Shown: positions 1-7,824 of the stretch, piece after piece
Layout: each line of letters begins with the position of its first letter
Position numbering within the stretch: the first letter of the stretch is position 1
Source: Eubacteriales bacterium
GTDB lineage: Bacteria; Bacillota; Clostridia; Oscillospirales; CAG-272
NCBI GenBank assembly: GCA_045533915.1
Contig: JAZSIP010000081.1
Location: forward strand, 1 to 47,431
Length of the DNA stretch: 47,431 nucleotides
Direction of reading: 5' to 3'
The notes under the pieces: model-generated
The model's database searches: none
The model's input: only the letters and a program-made list of their open reading frames with translations
Told to the model about the DNA's origin: nothing
Position numbers and translations under genes: made by a program

Positions 1-383
1 TTATACCCGAAATGGAAGAAAAAGCCGACAAGGTTTTATGCGATGTTCCCTGCTCGGGCTTTGGCGTTCTTGCAAAAAAGCCCGAACTACGCTACAAAGA
101 TCCAAGCGTTTCCGCGGCTTTGCCCGACATTCAGATCTCCATTCTTGAGAATGCCTGTCGTTACGTAAAGCGCGGCGGCAGACTGGTTTATTCGACCTGC
201 ACAGTCTTTCCCGAGGAAAACGAGGACAATATCCGCCGTTTTCTTGAAAGACACAAAGATTTCTCGCTTACACCCTTTTACGCGGGAGCGCTTAGGGTCG
301 ATAACGGTATGATAACGCTTTTACCCGACGAACACGACACCGACGGATTTTTTATAGCCGTACTAACAAGACAAGGAGAGTGA
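1..383 (+). CDS. rsmB: 16S rRNA m5C967 methyltransferase RsmB/Sun, C-terminal part (5' end outside window)
   Basis: Motifs DVPCSGFG, YSTCT and DGFFIA of the RsmB/NOL1 family. The frame is open to the window edge and the gene precedes rlmN. Confidence 0.93.
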   Translation, partial: IPEMEEKADKVLCDVPCSGFGVLAKKPELRYKDPSVSAALPDIQISILENACRYVKRGGRLVYSTCTVFPEENEDNIRRFLERHKDFSLTPFYAGALRVDNGMITLLPDEHDTDGFFIAVLTRQGE

Positions 384-1465
384 CAGATATGGATACGCAA
401 ACAGAAAAAGTTTATCTTCTTTCGCTTCTCCCGTCCGAGCTTGAGGAATTTATGATCTCGATCGGTGAACCGAAATACAGAGCGTCTCAGCTTTTTACTC
501 AGATGCACAAGGGCATCTCTCCGAATGAAATGACAAACATCGGTAAGACGACGAAAGCAAAGCTTGAGGAAAGTGCTGTTTTCGATCTCCCGAGCATAAG
601 AAGAAAGCTTGTCTCAAAGCTTGACGGCACGGTAAAATATCTTTTTGAGCTATCGGACGGAAACTGTGTTGAAAGCGTAGTTATGAAGTACAAGCACGGA
701 AATACTATCTGTATATCCTCTCAGGTAGGTTGCCGTATGGGCTGTGCGTTTTGCGCTTCGACCATCGGCGGAAAGGTACGCGACCTGCGTGCGTCCGAGA
801 TTCTCGGTCAGGTCATAAAGGCAAGCGCGGATATGGGCGAACGCATATCAAACATAGTTATGATGGGTATTGGCGAGCCTCTTGATAACTACGACAACGT
901 ACTGAAATTTCTAAAGCTTGTGGGCTGTGAGCAGGGGCTTAATATCGGATACCGACATATCTCGCTCTCCACATGCGGTCTGTGCGATAAAATAGACACG
1001 CTTGCGAAAGAAGATCTTGCCATAACGCTTTCGATATCTCTGCACGCAAGCGACGACGAAACAAGAAGCTCTATAATGCCCGTAAACAAGAAATGGAATA
1101 TCGACCGTCTGCTTTTATCGTGCAAAAATTACTACGCAAAAACGGGAAGACGAATTTCATTTGAGTACACGCTCATCGCGGGAAAGAACGATTCAAAGGA
1201 ATCGGCTTTGAGACTTGCTTCTCTCTTAAACTCGCATCTGCGTGACAGAAACGCAAACGAGCCCTTCCCTATTCACGTAAATCTTATCCCCGTAAATCCC
1301 GTATCGGAGACCGAATTTTCGGCTTCCGACAAAAAATCCGTCGCACTTTTTGCGCAAACCCTTGAAAAGAAAGGCATACGCGCGACGGTGCGCCGTACTC
1401 TCGGCGCAGACATAAACGCTTCCTGCGGTCAGCTCCGCAGAGCCGAGGAAAACAACAAGGCTTGA
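380..1465 (+). CDS. rlmN: dual-specificity RNA methyltransferase RlmN (radical SAM)
   Basis: CISSQVGCRMGCAFC, MGIGEP and DINASCGQL motifs. GTG start overlaps the rsmB stop, with an AAGGAG RBS. Confidence 0.96.
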   Translation: MTDMDTQTEKVYLLSLLPSELEEFMISIGEPKYRASQLFTQMHKGISPNEMTNIGKTTKAKLEESAVFDLPSIRRKLVSKLDGTVKYLFELSDGNCVESVVMKYKHGNTICISSQVGCRMGCAFCASTIGGKVRDLRASEILGQVIKASADMGERISNIVMMGIGEPLDNYDNVLKFLKLVGCEQGLNIGYRHISLSTCGLCDKIDTLAKEDLAITLSISLHASDDETRSSIMPVNKKWNIDRLLLSCKNYYAKTGRRISFEYTLIAGKNDSKESALRLASLLNSHLRDRNANEPFPIHVNLIPVNPVSETEFSASDKKSVALFAQTLEKKGIRATVRRTLGADINASCGQLRRAEENNKA

Positions 1466-1506
1466 CCTCTCAGATCTCCTTTACATAAAAACATAAGGAG
1501 ATTTGT

Positions 1507-2724
1507 ATGAAATACAGAGTTAAGAGCTCTACAAAAAAAGAAAGAAAATATTTTTCAGGAGTTCGATTGAAAGCTAAGCGAAACTATCGCGAAAAGAAAG
1601 AAGAACCTATAGATCTCAGTTCTCTTTTCGAGTTTGCCGAGCAATACGATATCCCCCTGCCACCCGTTCCAAGGAAAAAGCCTTCGGCTTTCGTGCGCCT
1701 GTCTTTTTGGATAAAAAAGCTGTTTAAAATAATTTCGGAACGCTTGAAAATCTTTGCTTCAAAAAAACGCGAAAAGCGTTTAAAACGCAGAGAAACCGTA
1801 TATATGCTTTTGGGTGCATTATGCTCTTCTGTCCTTATAACCGTCATTTCGATCGTTGTGGTGCTTTTATCCTTGTTCGGACGCTACGGAACGCCGTATA
1901 CCACCGTTACAGTTCCGAATCTTGTAGGAACTGCGTATGAGGATACCGAGGACGGTACGGACGGACTTTTTTCATACGTTATAGATTATGAATACAATCC
2001 AAACGTAACACCAGGACACGTTATATCTCAATTTCCTCCCGCAGGAACGCAGAGACGTGTTTACGCATCAAGCAAATACTGTCTTATCTCTCTTACGGTA
2101 AGCCATGCAAAATCAGCTTATACGCTTGAGGAGCTTAGAGGAATATCCGCAAGAGACGCATCTCTCATTTTGCGCAACAACGGACTTCTGCCAAAGATAA
2201 CAAACGAATATTCAAGCACCGTTCCTTGCGGAACGGTAATAAGCACGTCCCCAGAAGCAAACAGGATACTGGCCGAGGGTGAGACTGTTACTCTTACGGT
2301 AAGTCTTGGTCCTCAAGTTATACTTTGCTCAGTTCCAAACGTAACGGGTATTACCGAAATGCAGGCGATAACAAAATTAAGATCCGCAGGACTTGTATGC
2401 GGAAGCATAACCTATGTTGATTCCGAGCTTTCGGCGGGAACTGTGATATCTCAAAGCATACCGCCAAAGAGCGCGGTAAAAGAAAACACACTCGTTGACA
2501 TTACGGTCAGCATCGGAACGCACACTCTAAAAATGATACCGAATCTTTACGGAAAAAACATTGAGGAGGCAAGAGAAATTTTACGCGCTTACGGACTTGT
2601 TCTCGGAACTCAGATCCCCGTAGAAAGCGCGGAGGACAAAGGAACTGTTATTTCTCAGACTCCCCTGCCAAATACACCGATAACATCGTCGACTGTTTCT
2701 GTCGACGTTTACGTCAGCTATTGA
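1507..2724 (+). CDS. membrane-anchored multi-PASTA-domain protein without a kinase domain
   Basis: Basic ~98-aa N-terminus, one hydrophobic segment (~aa 99-124), then about four repeats of the VPNLVG...GxVISQxP type. No kinase motifs. AAGGAG RBS. Confidence 0.85.
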   Translation: MKYRVKSSTKKERKYFSGVRLKAKRNYREKKEEPIDLSSLFEFAEQYDIPLPPVPRKKPSAFVRLSFWIKKLFKIISERLKIFASKKREKRLKRRETVYMLLGALCSSVLITVISIVVVLLSLFGRYGTPYTTVTVPNLVGTAYEDTEDGTDGLFSYVIDYEYNPNVTPGHVISQFPPAGTQRRVYASSKYCLISLTVSHAKSAYTLEELRGISARDASLILRNNGLLPKITNEYSSTVPCGTVISTSPEANRILAEGETVTLTVSLGPQVILCSVPNVTGITEMQAITKLRSAGLVCGSITYVDSELSAGTVISQSIPPKSAVKENTLVDITVSIGTHTLKMIPNLYGKNIEEAREILRAYGLVLGTQIPVESAEDKGTVISQTPLPNTPITSSTVSVDVYVSY

Positions 2725-2746
2725 CTATAACAATTAAGGAAGTAAA

Positions 2747-3697
2747 ATGGAAAAAACTTTAAAAGGAAAGATCATCAAAGGAGTAGGCGGACTTTATACC
2801 GTCCGCCTAACTTTTGAAGACGGAAGCATTGAGAATATAAGCTGCCGCGCGCGCGGTGTTTTTCGTCATCAGCATATAGAGTTGTTAGCGGGAGATAACG
2901 TCACAGTGATCCCCGACGAACATTCAAGTGCCGCATCAAAGGACGGCGGAGCATACGTTATAGACGAGATCGAGACAAGAAAAAATTCTCTTATCCGACC
3001 TCCGCTTGCTAATCTCGATTATCTTTTCGTTACAATGGCGGCGGCATCTCCCGTACCGATACTTACTACAATAGATAAGCTTATCGCTATCGCGGAGCAC
3101 AATGAAATAGAGCCTGTCATAGTTATAACCAAACGCGAACTTAACGAAAAATACGCAGAAGAGCTTGAGAAGATCTATCGTACCTGCGGCTTTGAGGTCT
3201 TTTCTCTAAGTGCTGTAAAGGACGAAAACATCTATCCCATCGAAAGCTTTATCAAAGAGGCTCTCCGCGGCAAGACCGCCGCTTTTGCGGGAGCTTCTGG
3301 AATTGGAAAATCAACGCTTATGAACCGTCTTTTCCCCGAGCTTTCGCTTTCCACCTTTGAAATAAGTAAAAAAATACAGCGAGGACGGCACACCACTCGT
3401 CAGGTCGAACTTTTCCCTCTCTCCGACAAGGCTGATTGCGGATTCCTTGCCGATACCCCAGGGTTTTCTATGCTTGACTTTGAACGCTTCGACTTTTTCG
3501 ACAAAGAGGATCTTCCCTCCGCTATGAGAGAATTTAACACTTTTATCGGAGAATGCCGTTACACAAAATGTTCTCATACAAAAGAAGACGGCTGCGCGAT
3601 ACTCGAAGCGGTGAGAAACGGAAAGATCCCGAGATCGAGACATGAAAGCTATCTTGATATATATGAAACTCTGAAAAAGAAGAAAAAATGGGATTAG
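2747..3697 (+). CDS. rsgA: ribosome small subunit-dependent GTPase A (RsgA/CpgA)
   Basis: Circularly permuted GTPase motifs (TKRE, GASGIGKS, RGRHTT, DTPG) and C-terminal Zn site CRYTKCSHTKEDGC. Confidence 0.96.
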   Translation: MEKTLKGKIIKGVGGLYTVRLTFEDGSIENISCRARGVFRHQHIELLAGDNVTVIPDEHSSAASKDGGAYVIDEIETRKNSLIRPPLANLDYLFVTMAAASPVPILTTIDKLIAIAEHNEIEPVIVITKRELNEKYAEELEKIYRTCGFEVFSLSAVKDENIYPIESFIKEALRGKTAAFAGASGIGKSTLMNRLFPELSLSTFEISKKIQRGRHTTRQVELFPLSDKADCGFLADTPGFSMLDFERFDFFDKEDLPSAMREFNTFIGECRYTKCSHTKEDGCAILEAVRNGKIPRSRHESYLDIYETLKKKKKWD

Positions 3698-3711
3698 GCA
3701 GGACTACATAA

Positions 3712-4338
3712 ATGAAAGCTTTTATTTATACGGGCGGAGAAATATTCCCCGAAAACATTACAGAAAAAGCTAAAGCGGGCGATCTGAAGATAGCCGCAGA
3801 CGGAGGATACAAAAACGCGCTTCGTCTCGGAGTCCGCGCGGACATCATTCTCGGAGACTTCGATTCTCTTGGTGAATACACTGCGAACGATGATACCGAG
3901 ATAATAAAAGTTCCCGCGGAAAAGGATTTCACCGACACTCAAATGGCAGTCGAGACGGCTATTGCGCGCGGAGCTGATGAGATAGTAATTATCGGCGGTC
4001 TTTCGGGAAGGCTCGACCATACTCTCTCGAACATATCCATTCTTGAGGATCTGTGGCAACGCAGAGTACACGCCGTTATAACCGACGGAAACAACAGGAT
4101 CAGATTCATAGATTCTACAAGTACGCTTATAGCCAAAAGCGGATATAAATACCTCTCTATACTCCTCGCCTCAAAAGACGCTAAAGGCGTTTCGGCAGAG
4201 GGCTGTAAATATCCTCTCAAAAACGCCAAGCTCCAAAGAAATATTCAATACGCCGTTTCAAATGAGATCACGGGAAACTGCGCTCTTATTTCTGTACGCA
4301 AGGGCTCTGTTTATATAGTAGAGAGCCGCGACGCGTAA
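3712..4338 (+). CDS. thiN: thiamine diphosphokinase
   Basis: AADGG, GDFDS, KDFTD and GRLDHTLSN motifs, at the usual position after rsgA. Confidence 0.95.
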   Translation: MKAFIYTGGEIFPENITEKAKAGDLKIAADGGYKNALRLGVRADIILGDFDSLGEYTANDDTEIIKVPAEKDFTDTQMAVETAIARGADEIVIIGGLSGRLDHTLSNISILEDLWQRRVHAVITDGNNRIRFIDSTSTLIAKSGYKYLSILLASKDAKGVSAEGCKYPLKNAKLQRNIQYAVSNEITGNCALISVRKGSVYIVESRDA

Positions 4339-5486
4339 ATATCGCGCGTTCCATTTTTCGCGCAAATAAGTACATTCTGCGTTTTTGCCAAAAGTACGCT
4401 TTGGCATAACATTCCCGTCATTCGAATACGAGCCTCTATTGAGCTTTCTCCCCTTACACGTTCGATAATTCCTTTGCCGTAAAGATTTTCCAAAAGCTTT
4501 GCATCACAAGAGGAAACTATGCTTTCAAGCTCGGAGTCAAGCCTTGTGTATTCCGCTTTGTTCGTCACCTCAATATCTGTCGGGATCGAGCAAAAACGCA
4601 CTCCGAAAAAGCCACTGAATCTATCATCTCTCTCTTTAATATATCGTTTCGAGTATTTTCTCGCGCCGTCTGTTATCCGAACGGCGCGTTTTCCTTTTTC
4701 ACTCTCCGTTCTCAGCGTATTTATCACGCTGGGCATAAACATATCAAATTGAGGAATATCAAAGGCAATAAGCGCTTCGGCAAGGCATCTGCGAATGTCA
4801 AAAAGGTTACTTTCATCGGGGATTATCAGCTCTCCCTCTCCTTCCCTTTCACCGCTTGAAGATACGCACGGCAAAAGTCTTGTGCCAAATTCGGAAACGA
4901 CCAAACACTTTCCTTGCGGAACTTCTTCTATATCAACGTAAATATCAGATGCTCCGTATGTTCCGACAGGGGAAAACAGGTGATCTTGCAAATTCTTTTC
5001 ATTAAGTCTGACCGCACCTCCGATAGCACGTAGTATTCCTTTTATTTCAGAGGAAAAAACAAGTCTGTTATTTTCAAAAGAAAAATATAAAGGTCTGGAG
5101 CTTTCTCTGCTCCTTGCGAGTATCGTCTCTCCCCTGTATTCGTCCGAAATAACAAGCGCAAAATCGCCGTCAAATCGTGAAAAGCACCCGTAACCGAAAG
5201 AAAGATAGTATTCCATTACCGACTCAGCACAAGCTCTCGGCTCACCATTTATCTCACCGTCTATCATAACCGTGTAATTTTTTCCGCCAAGAGTAACGGT
5301 ATAAGGCTGACGGGCATTCTCGTCCTCATTTCCCACAAACCGATTAAAATAAAGTCCTATATTTCCGTTAACATAAGCGCCGCTTTGATCTGTGCCGCGC
5401 AATACAGTTGCTCTCCCCATTTCACGTAAAGTCCCAAAATCCGTGTTTTTTCTGTTTCTGTCAATGATCCCGTTTATAGAACTCAT
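4311..5486 (-). CDS. degenerate asparagine synthetase B (AsnO-like) protein: class II glutamine amidotransferase domain plus a shortened C-terminus
   Basis: RGTDQSG, DGEING, FDGDFA, RPLY and FSSEIKGI resemble AsnB N-domain motifs. Starts MSSI instead of MCGI and has no SGGLDS loop. GGGGGAG RBS. Confidence 0.7.
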   Translation of the reverse strand: MSSINGIIDRNRKNTDFGTLREMGRATVLRGTDQSGAYVNGNIGLYFNRFVGNEDENARQPYTVTLGGKNYTVMIDGEINGEPRACAESVMEYYLSFGYGCFSRFDGDFALVISDEYRGETILARSRESSRPLYFSFENNRLVFSSEIKGILRAIGGAVRLNEKNLQDHLFSPVGTYGASDIYVDIEEVPQGKCLVVSEFGTRLLPCVSSSGEREGEGELIIPDESNLFDIRRCLAEALIAFDIPQFDMFMPSVINTLRTESEKGKRAVRITDGARKYSKRYIKERDDRFSGFFGVRFCSIPTDIEVTNKAEYTRLDSELESIVSSCDAKLLENLYGKGIIERVRGESSIEARIRMTGMLCQSVLLAKTQNVLICAKNGTRDIYASRLSTI

Positions 5487-5513
5487 AAGCTCCCCCTTTT
5501 ATCTTTTTTCATA

Positions 5514-5542
5514 ATTATATGCCGAGAACAAAAAAGATATTT
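5514..5542 (-). promoter_or_regulatory. candidate sigmaE (mother-cell) promoter for the AsnO-like gene
   Basis: Minus strand reads AAATATC-N14-CATATAAT, matching the sigmaE pattern ATA(-35)...CATAcaaT(-10). Confidence 0.6.
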
Positions 5543-5543
5543 C

Positions 5544-5572
5544 GAACACTCAAATAACAAAACGCATATACT
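5544..5572 (+). promoter_or_regulatory. candidate sigmaE/sigmaK promoter for the small-ORF/spoVM pair
   Basis: GAACACT-N14-CATATACT, which also fits sigmaK as AACA-N16-CATA---T. Confidence 0.55.
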
Positions 5573-5609
5573 TAATAATGAAAAATTGAAAAGCGGAGGT
5601 GAGCGCCAT

Positions 5610-5756
5610 ATGAATACGCGAAAACTTATCGGTGTTGCCGTAATTTGCTTTGGCGCGGGTATTTTTCTGTCATTTTTACTGCCCGGACGTTTTCTCGCGT
5701 TTATTGAAGCGGCAGCTATAATTACCGCGGGCGTATTGCTGCTCCGACGAAGGTAA
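5610..5756 (+). CDS. 48-aa hydrophobic small membrane protein (not in ORF track)
   Basis: GGAGGTG RBS, then MNTRKLIGVAVICFGAGIFLSFLLPGRFLAFIEAAAIITAGVLLLRRR*. Two hydrophobic segments with basic ends. Confidence 0.75.
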   Translation: MNTRKLIGVAVICFGAGIFLSFLLPGRFLAFIEAAAIITAGVLLLRRR

Positions 5757-5799
5757 TTTCAAAAGCTTTTACTTATATTCATCTCTATGGAGGATTTTT

Positions 5800-5880
5800 A
5801 TGAAGATAGTTCTTTTACATTCGCCGAGCTTTTTAGCTCCTCTTTTACGTAAATTTTTTGGGATAAGAAAAAAACGCTAA
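5800..5880 (+). CDS. spoVM: stage V sporulation protein SpoVM (26 aa; not in ORF track)
   Basis: GGAGG RBS, then MKIVLLHSPSFLAPLLRKFFGIRKKR*. Pro9, the P-x-F-L pattern and an amphipathic helix match SpoVM. It lies downstream of thiN as in B. subtilis. Confidence 0.82.
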   Translation: MKIVLLHSPSFLAPLLRKFFGIRKKR

Positions 5881-5890
5881 CATTTAAATC

Positions 5891-5931
5891 AAAACACAAA
5901 GGAGCTGCATTTTGCAGCTCCTTTGTGTTTT
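5891..5931 (+). terminator. intrinsic terminator after spoVM
   Basis: Perfect 19-bp inverted repeat AAAACACAAAGGAGCTGCA-ttt-TGCAGCTCCTTTGTGTTTT. Confidence 0.85.
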
Positions 5932-5989
5932 ATCCAAAAAATCAAGCTGTAAAATATCAGTTAGTATTAAAAAATATTCTGCGTGTATG

Positions 5990-6018
5990 TTGACACGGAA
6001 ATATTAAAGTTGTATAAT
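5990..6018 (+). promoter_or_regulatory. sigmaA promoter of the solute-binding lipoprotein
   Basis: Perfect TTGACA-N17-TATAAT. Confidence 0.85.
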
Positions 6019-6072
6019 GCAAATTAGAGTTAACTGAAAAATAAATTCAATAATTTTTTAAGGAGGATAAAA

Positions 6073-7566
6073 ATGAAAACTCTAATCAAAAGCATTGCTC
6101 TCTTGCTCGTTGTTTTCATGCTCGGCACAGCGTTTATGGCGTGCGGCAAGAAAGACGATCAAGGTCAAGGCAACACCCCCGTCGACACAGTTTCTTCCGA
6201 CGAAGATGCCGGATTTAACGTAGCGCCTGCAAATTGGGGAGCAGATTTTAACGTTATTGCACCGCACTGGGCGTGCTATGCTCGTTTCTTCTTTGACAAA
6301 GGAGAAGAAAGAGATACCAGTAGCCCTATCGACATGGCTCTTTACACCCGTACCGAACGCATTAAATCTCATCTTGGCGTAAACCTTAAGCAGAATATAG
6401 TTGGAATGCCTAACGTTGGAGCAAACCTTACCGATGCGTATAATCTTCTTAAGCAGACGGTATCCTCGGGTGACGATACTTATCAGCTCGCGCAAACGCA
6501 TACCTTTATAAACGTTGCCGCAATGGCTACCCAAGGCTATACTTATGATTTCAGAAAGCTCACAGACATAAATCTTGATGCGAAATATTGGAACAAGGAA
6601 GCTATGGAGGAGCTTGAGATCAACTCCTCGCTTTACTACGGACTCAGCGACTACATGATTGCAGACCCGAACGCAGTTTTCTTTAACAAGACCATGCAGG
6701 AAAACTACAAGATAAGAAATCCTTACGATATGGTTCGTGACGGCACATGGACTCTTGAAAACATGACCGTTGAGTCTATGAAGGTTTCGGAACAGGGTGA
6801 CAAGGCAACCAAGCCCCTTGGCTTTGCGTCTATCGCTGAATGGCATTTTATCTCGTTCATTGATGCTTGCGATACGAATATAGTTGTTAATGAAGGCGGA
6901 TACAAGAGACTTAATATGGGCGCAGATAATGATCGCTATGCAAACGTTTTCGACCAGCTCGAAGATCTCTGTGCAGCTGATTCCACGTTGTTATATAAGC
7001 CTGCAGAACATGACGTACACGATTCTGATAAATCAATAACCAGTGGACGAGTACTCTTCTCTCTCGTTGCGTTGCATCAGGCTAACGACTATCGTAAGAC
7101 CGAAGTTAAGTTCGGTATTCTTCCTTATCCTAAGTATGATACGGATCAAAAGGAATATCATTCTTTCGACTGGTCGGGACTTATGTGCGTACCCGTAACC
7201 ATTCAGAATCCTGCGATGGTAGGACAGGTACTTGAATGTCTCTCTTATTTCAGCGCTAACGGTGAAAACGATATTCATACCGCTTATTATGAGAATCTTC
7301 TCGGTTCAAAGCTTGCTGAATCTCCCGACGATTACGAGATGCTCAAGATCATTTACGACAACGTTGTTACCAACTGCGCTATCAATATGTGTGAGGGCGC
7401 AACGACATCTTCAACTGAAGGACTCAAATATCTTATAAACTCGTACGCAAGACTCTCAAAGGGTTACAGTATTAACTCTTCCGCGGATCAGAACAGCCTT
7501 GCTTCACAGTGGGCTTCGCACGGACCACTTGCGCAGAAGGCTCTTGACAATACCGTAAACAGCTAA
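6073..7566 (+). CDS. extracellular solute-binding lipoprotein (carbohydrate ABC SBP-like)
   Basis: Signal peptide with lipobox FMAC, then SBP-type motifs FFNKTM, GTWTLE and FGILPYPK. AGGAGG RBS. Confidence 0.8.
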   Translation: MKTLIKSIALLLVVFMLGTAFMACGKKDDQGQGNTPVDTVSSDEDAGFNVAPANWGADFNVIAPHWACYARFFFDKGEERDTSSPIDMALYTRTERIKSHLGVNLKQNIVGMPNVGANLTDAYNLLKQTVSSGDDTYQLAQTHTFINVAAMATQGYTYDFRKLTDINLDAKYWNKEAMEELEINSSLYYGLSDYMIADPNAVFFNKTMQENYKIRNPYDMVRDGTWTLENMTVESMKVSEQGDKATKPLGFASIAEWHFISFIDACDTNIVVNEGGYKRLNMGADNDRYANVFDQLEDLCAADSTLLYKPAEHDVHDSDKSITSGRVLFSLVALHQANDYRKTEVKFGILPYPKYDTDQKEYHSFDWSGLMCVPVTIQNPAMVGQVLECLSYFSANGENDIHTAYYENLLGSKLAESPDDYEMLKIIYDNVVTNCAINMCEGATTSSTEGLKYLINSYARLSKGYSINSSADQNSLASQWASHGPLAQKALDNTVNS

Positions 7567-7574
7567 AATAATAC

Positions 7575-7618
7575 AAAAACTCTAAGGAACTGTAAACACA
7601 GCTCCTTAGAGTTTTTTT
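7575..7618 (+). terminator. intrinsic terminator after the SBP gene
   Basis: Imperfect stem AAAAACTCTAAGGAACTG...CAGCTCCTTAGAGTTTTT followed by a T-tract. Confidence 0.75.
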
Positions 7619-7683
7619 GTTTATTATCAACAATCCAAAATATAATTTTTGTATTCTCAAATATATTTATTTCAAAAAACATA

Positions 7684-7712
7684 TTGACTTTTATTTTTAA
7701 TTGTAGTACAAT
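7684..7712 (+). promoter_or_regulatory. sigmaA-like promoter directly followed by a terminator hairpin
   Basis: TTGACT-N17-TACAAT. Confidence 0.55.
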
Positions 7713-7716
7713 ATTT

Positions 7717-7748
7717 CGGAGCGGTCAAATTGACCGCTCCGTTTTTTT
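7717..7748 (+). terminator. GC-rich hairpin plus T7 tract
   Basis: CGGAGCGGTCA-aat-TGACCGCTCCG followed by TTTTTTT. Confidence 0.7.
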
Positions 7749-7767
7749 ATCAGAATAAAATTTCGTC

Positions 7768-7796
7768 TTGCGTTTTCTCTTTATTTATGATAAAAT
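7768..7796 (+). promoter_or_regulatory. sigmaA promoter of the ygiQ-like gene
   Basis: TTGCGT-N17-TAAAAT with TGn extended -10. Confidence 0.55.
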
Positions 7797-7824
7797 ATAA
7801 TCAGAAATATTTTGGAGTATTAAA

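Noticed and set aside
5541-5548. Spo0A box near the spoVM promoter
   Set aside because: TTCGAACA does not match TTCGNCA; it has one extra base.
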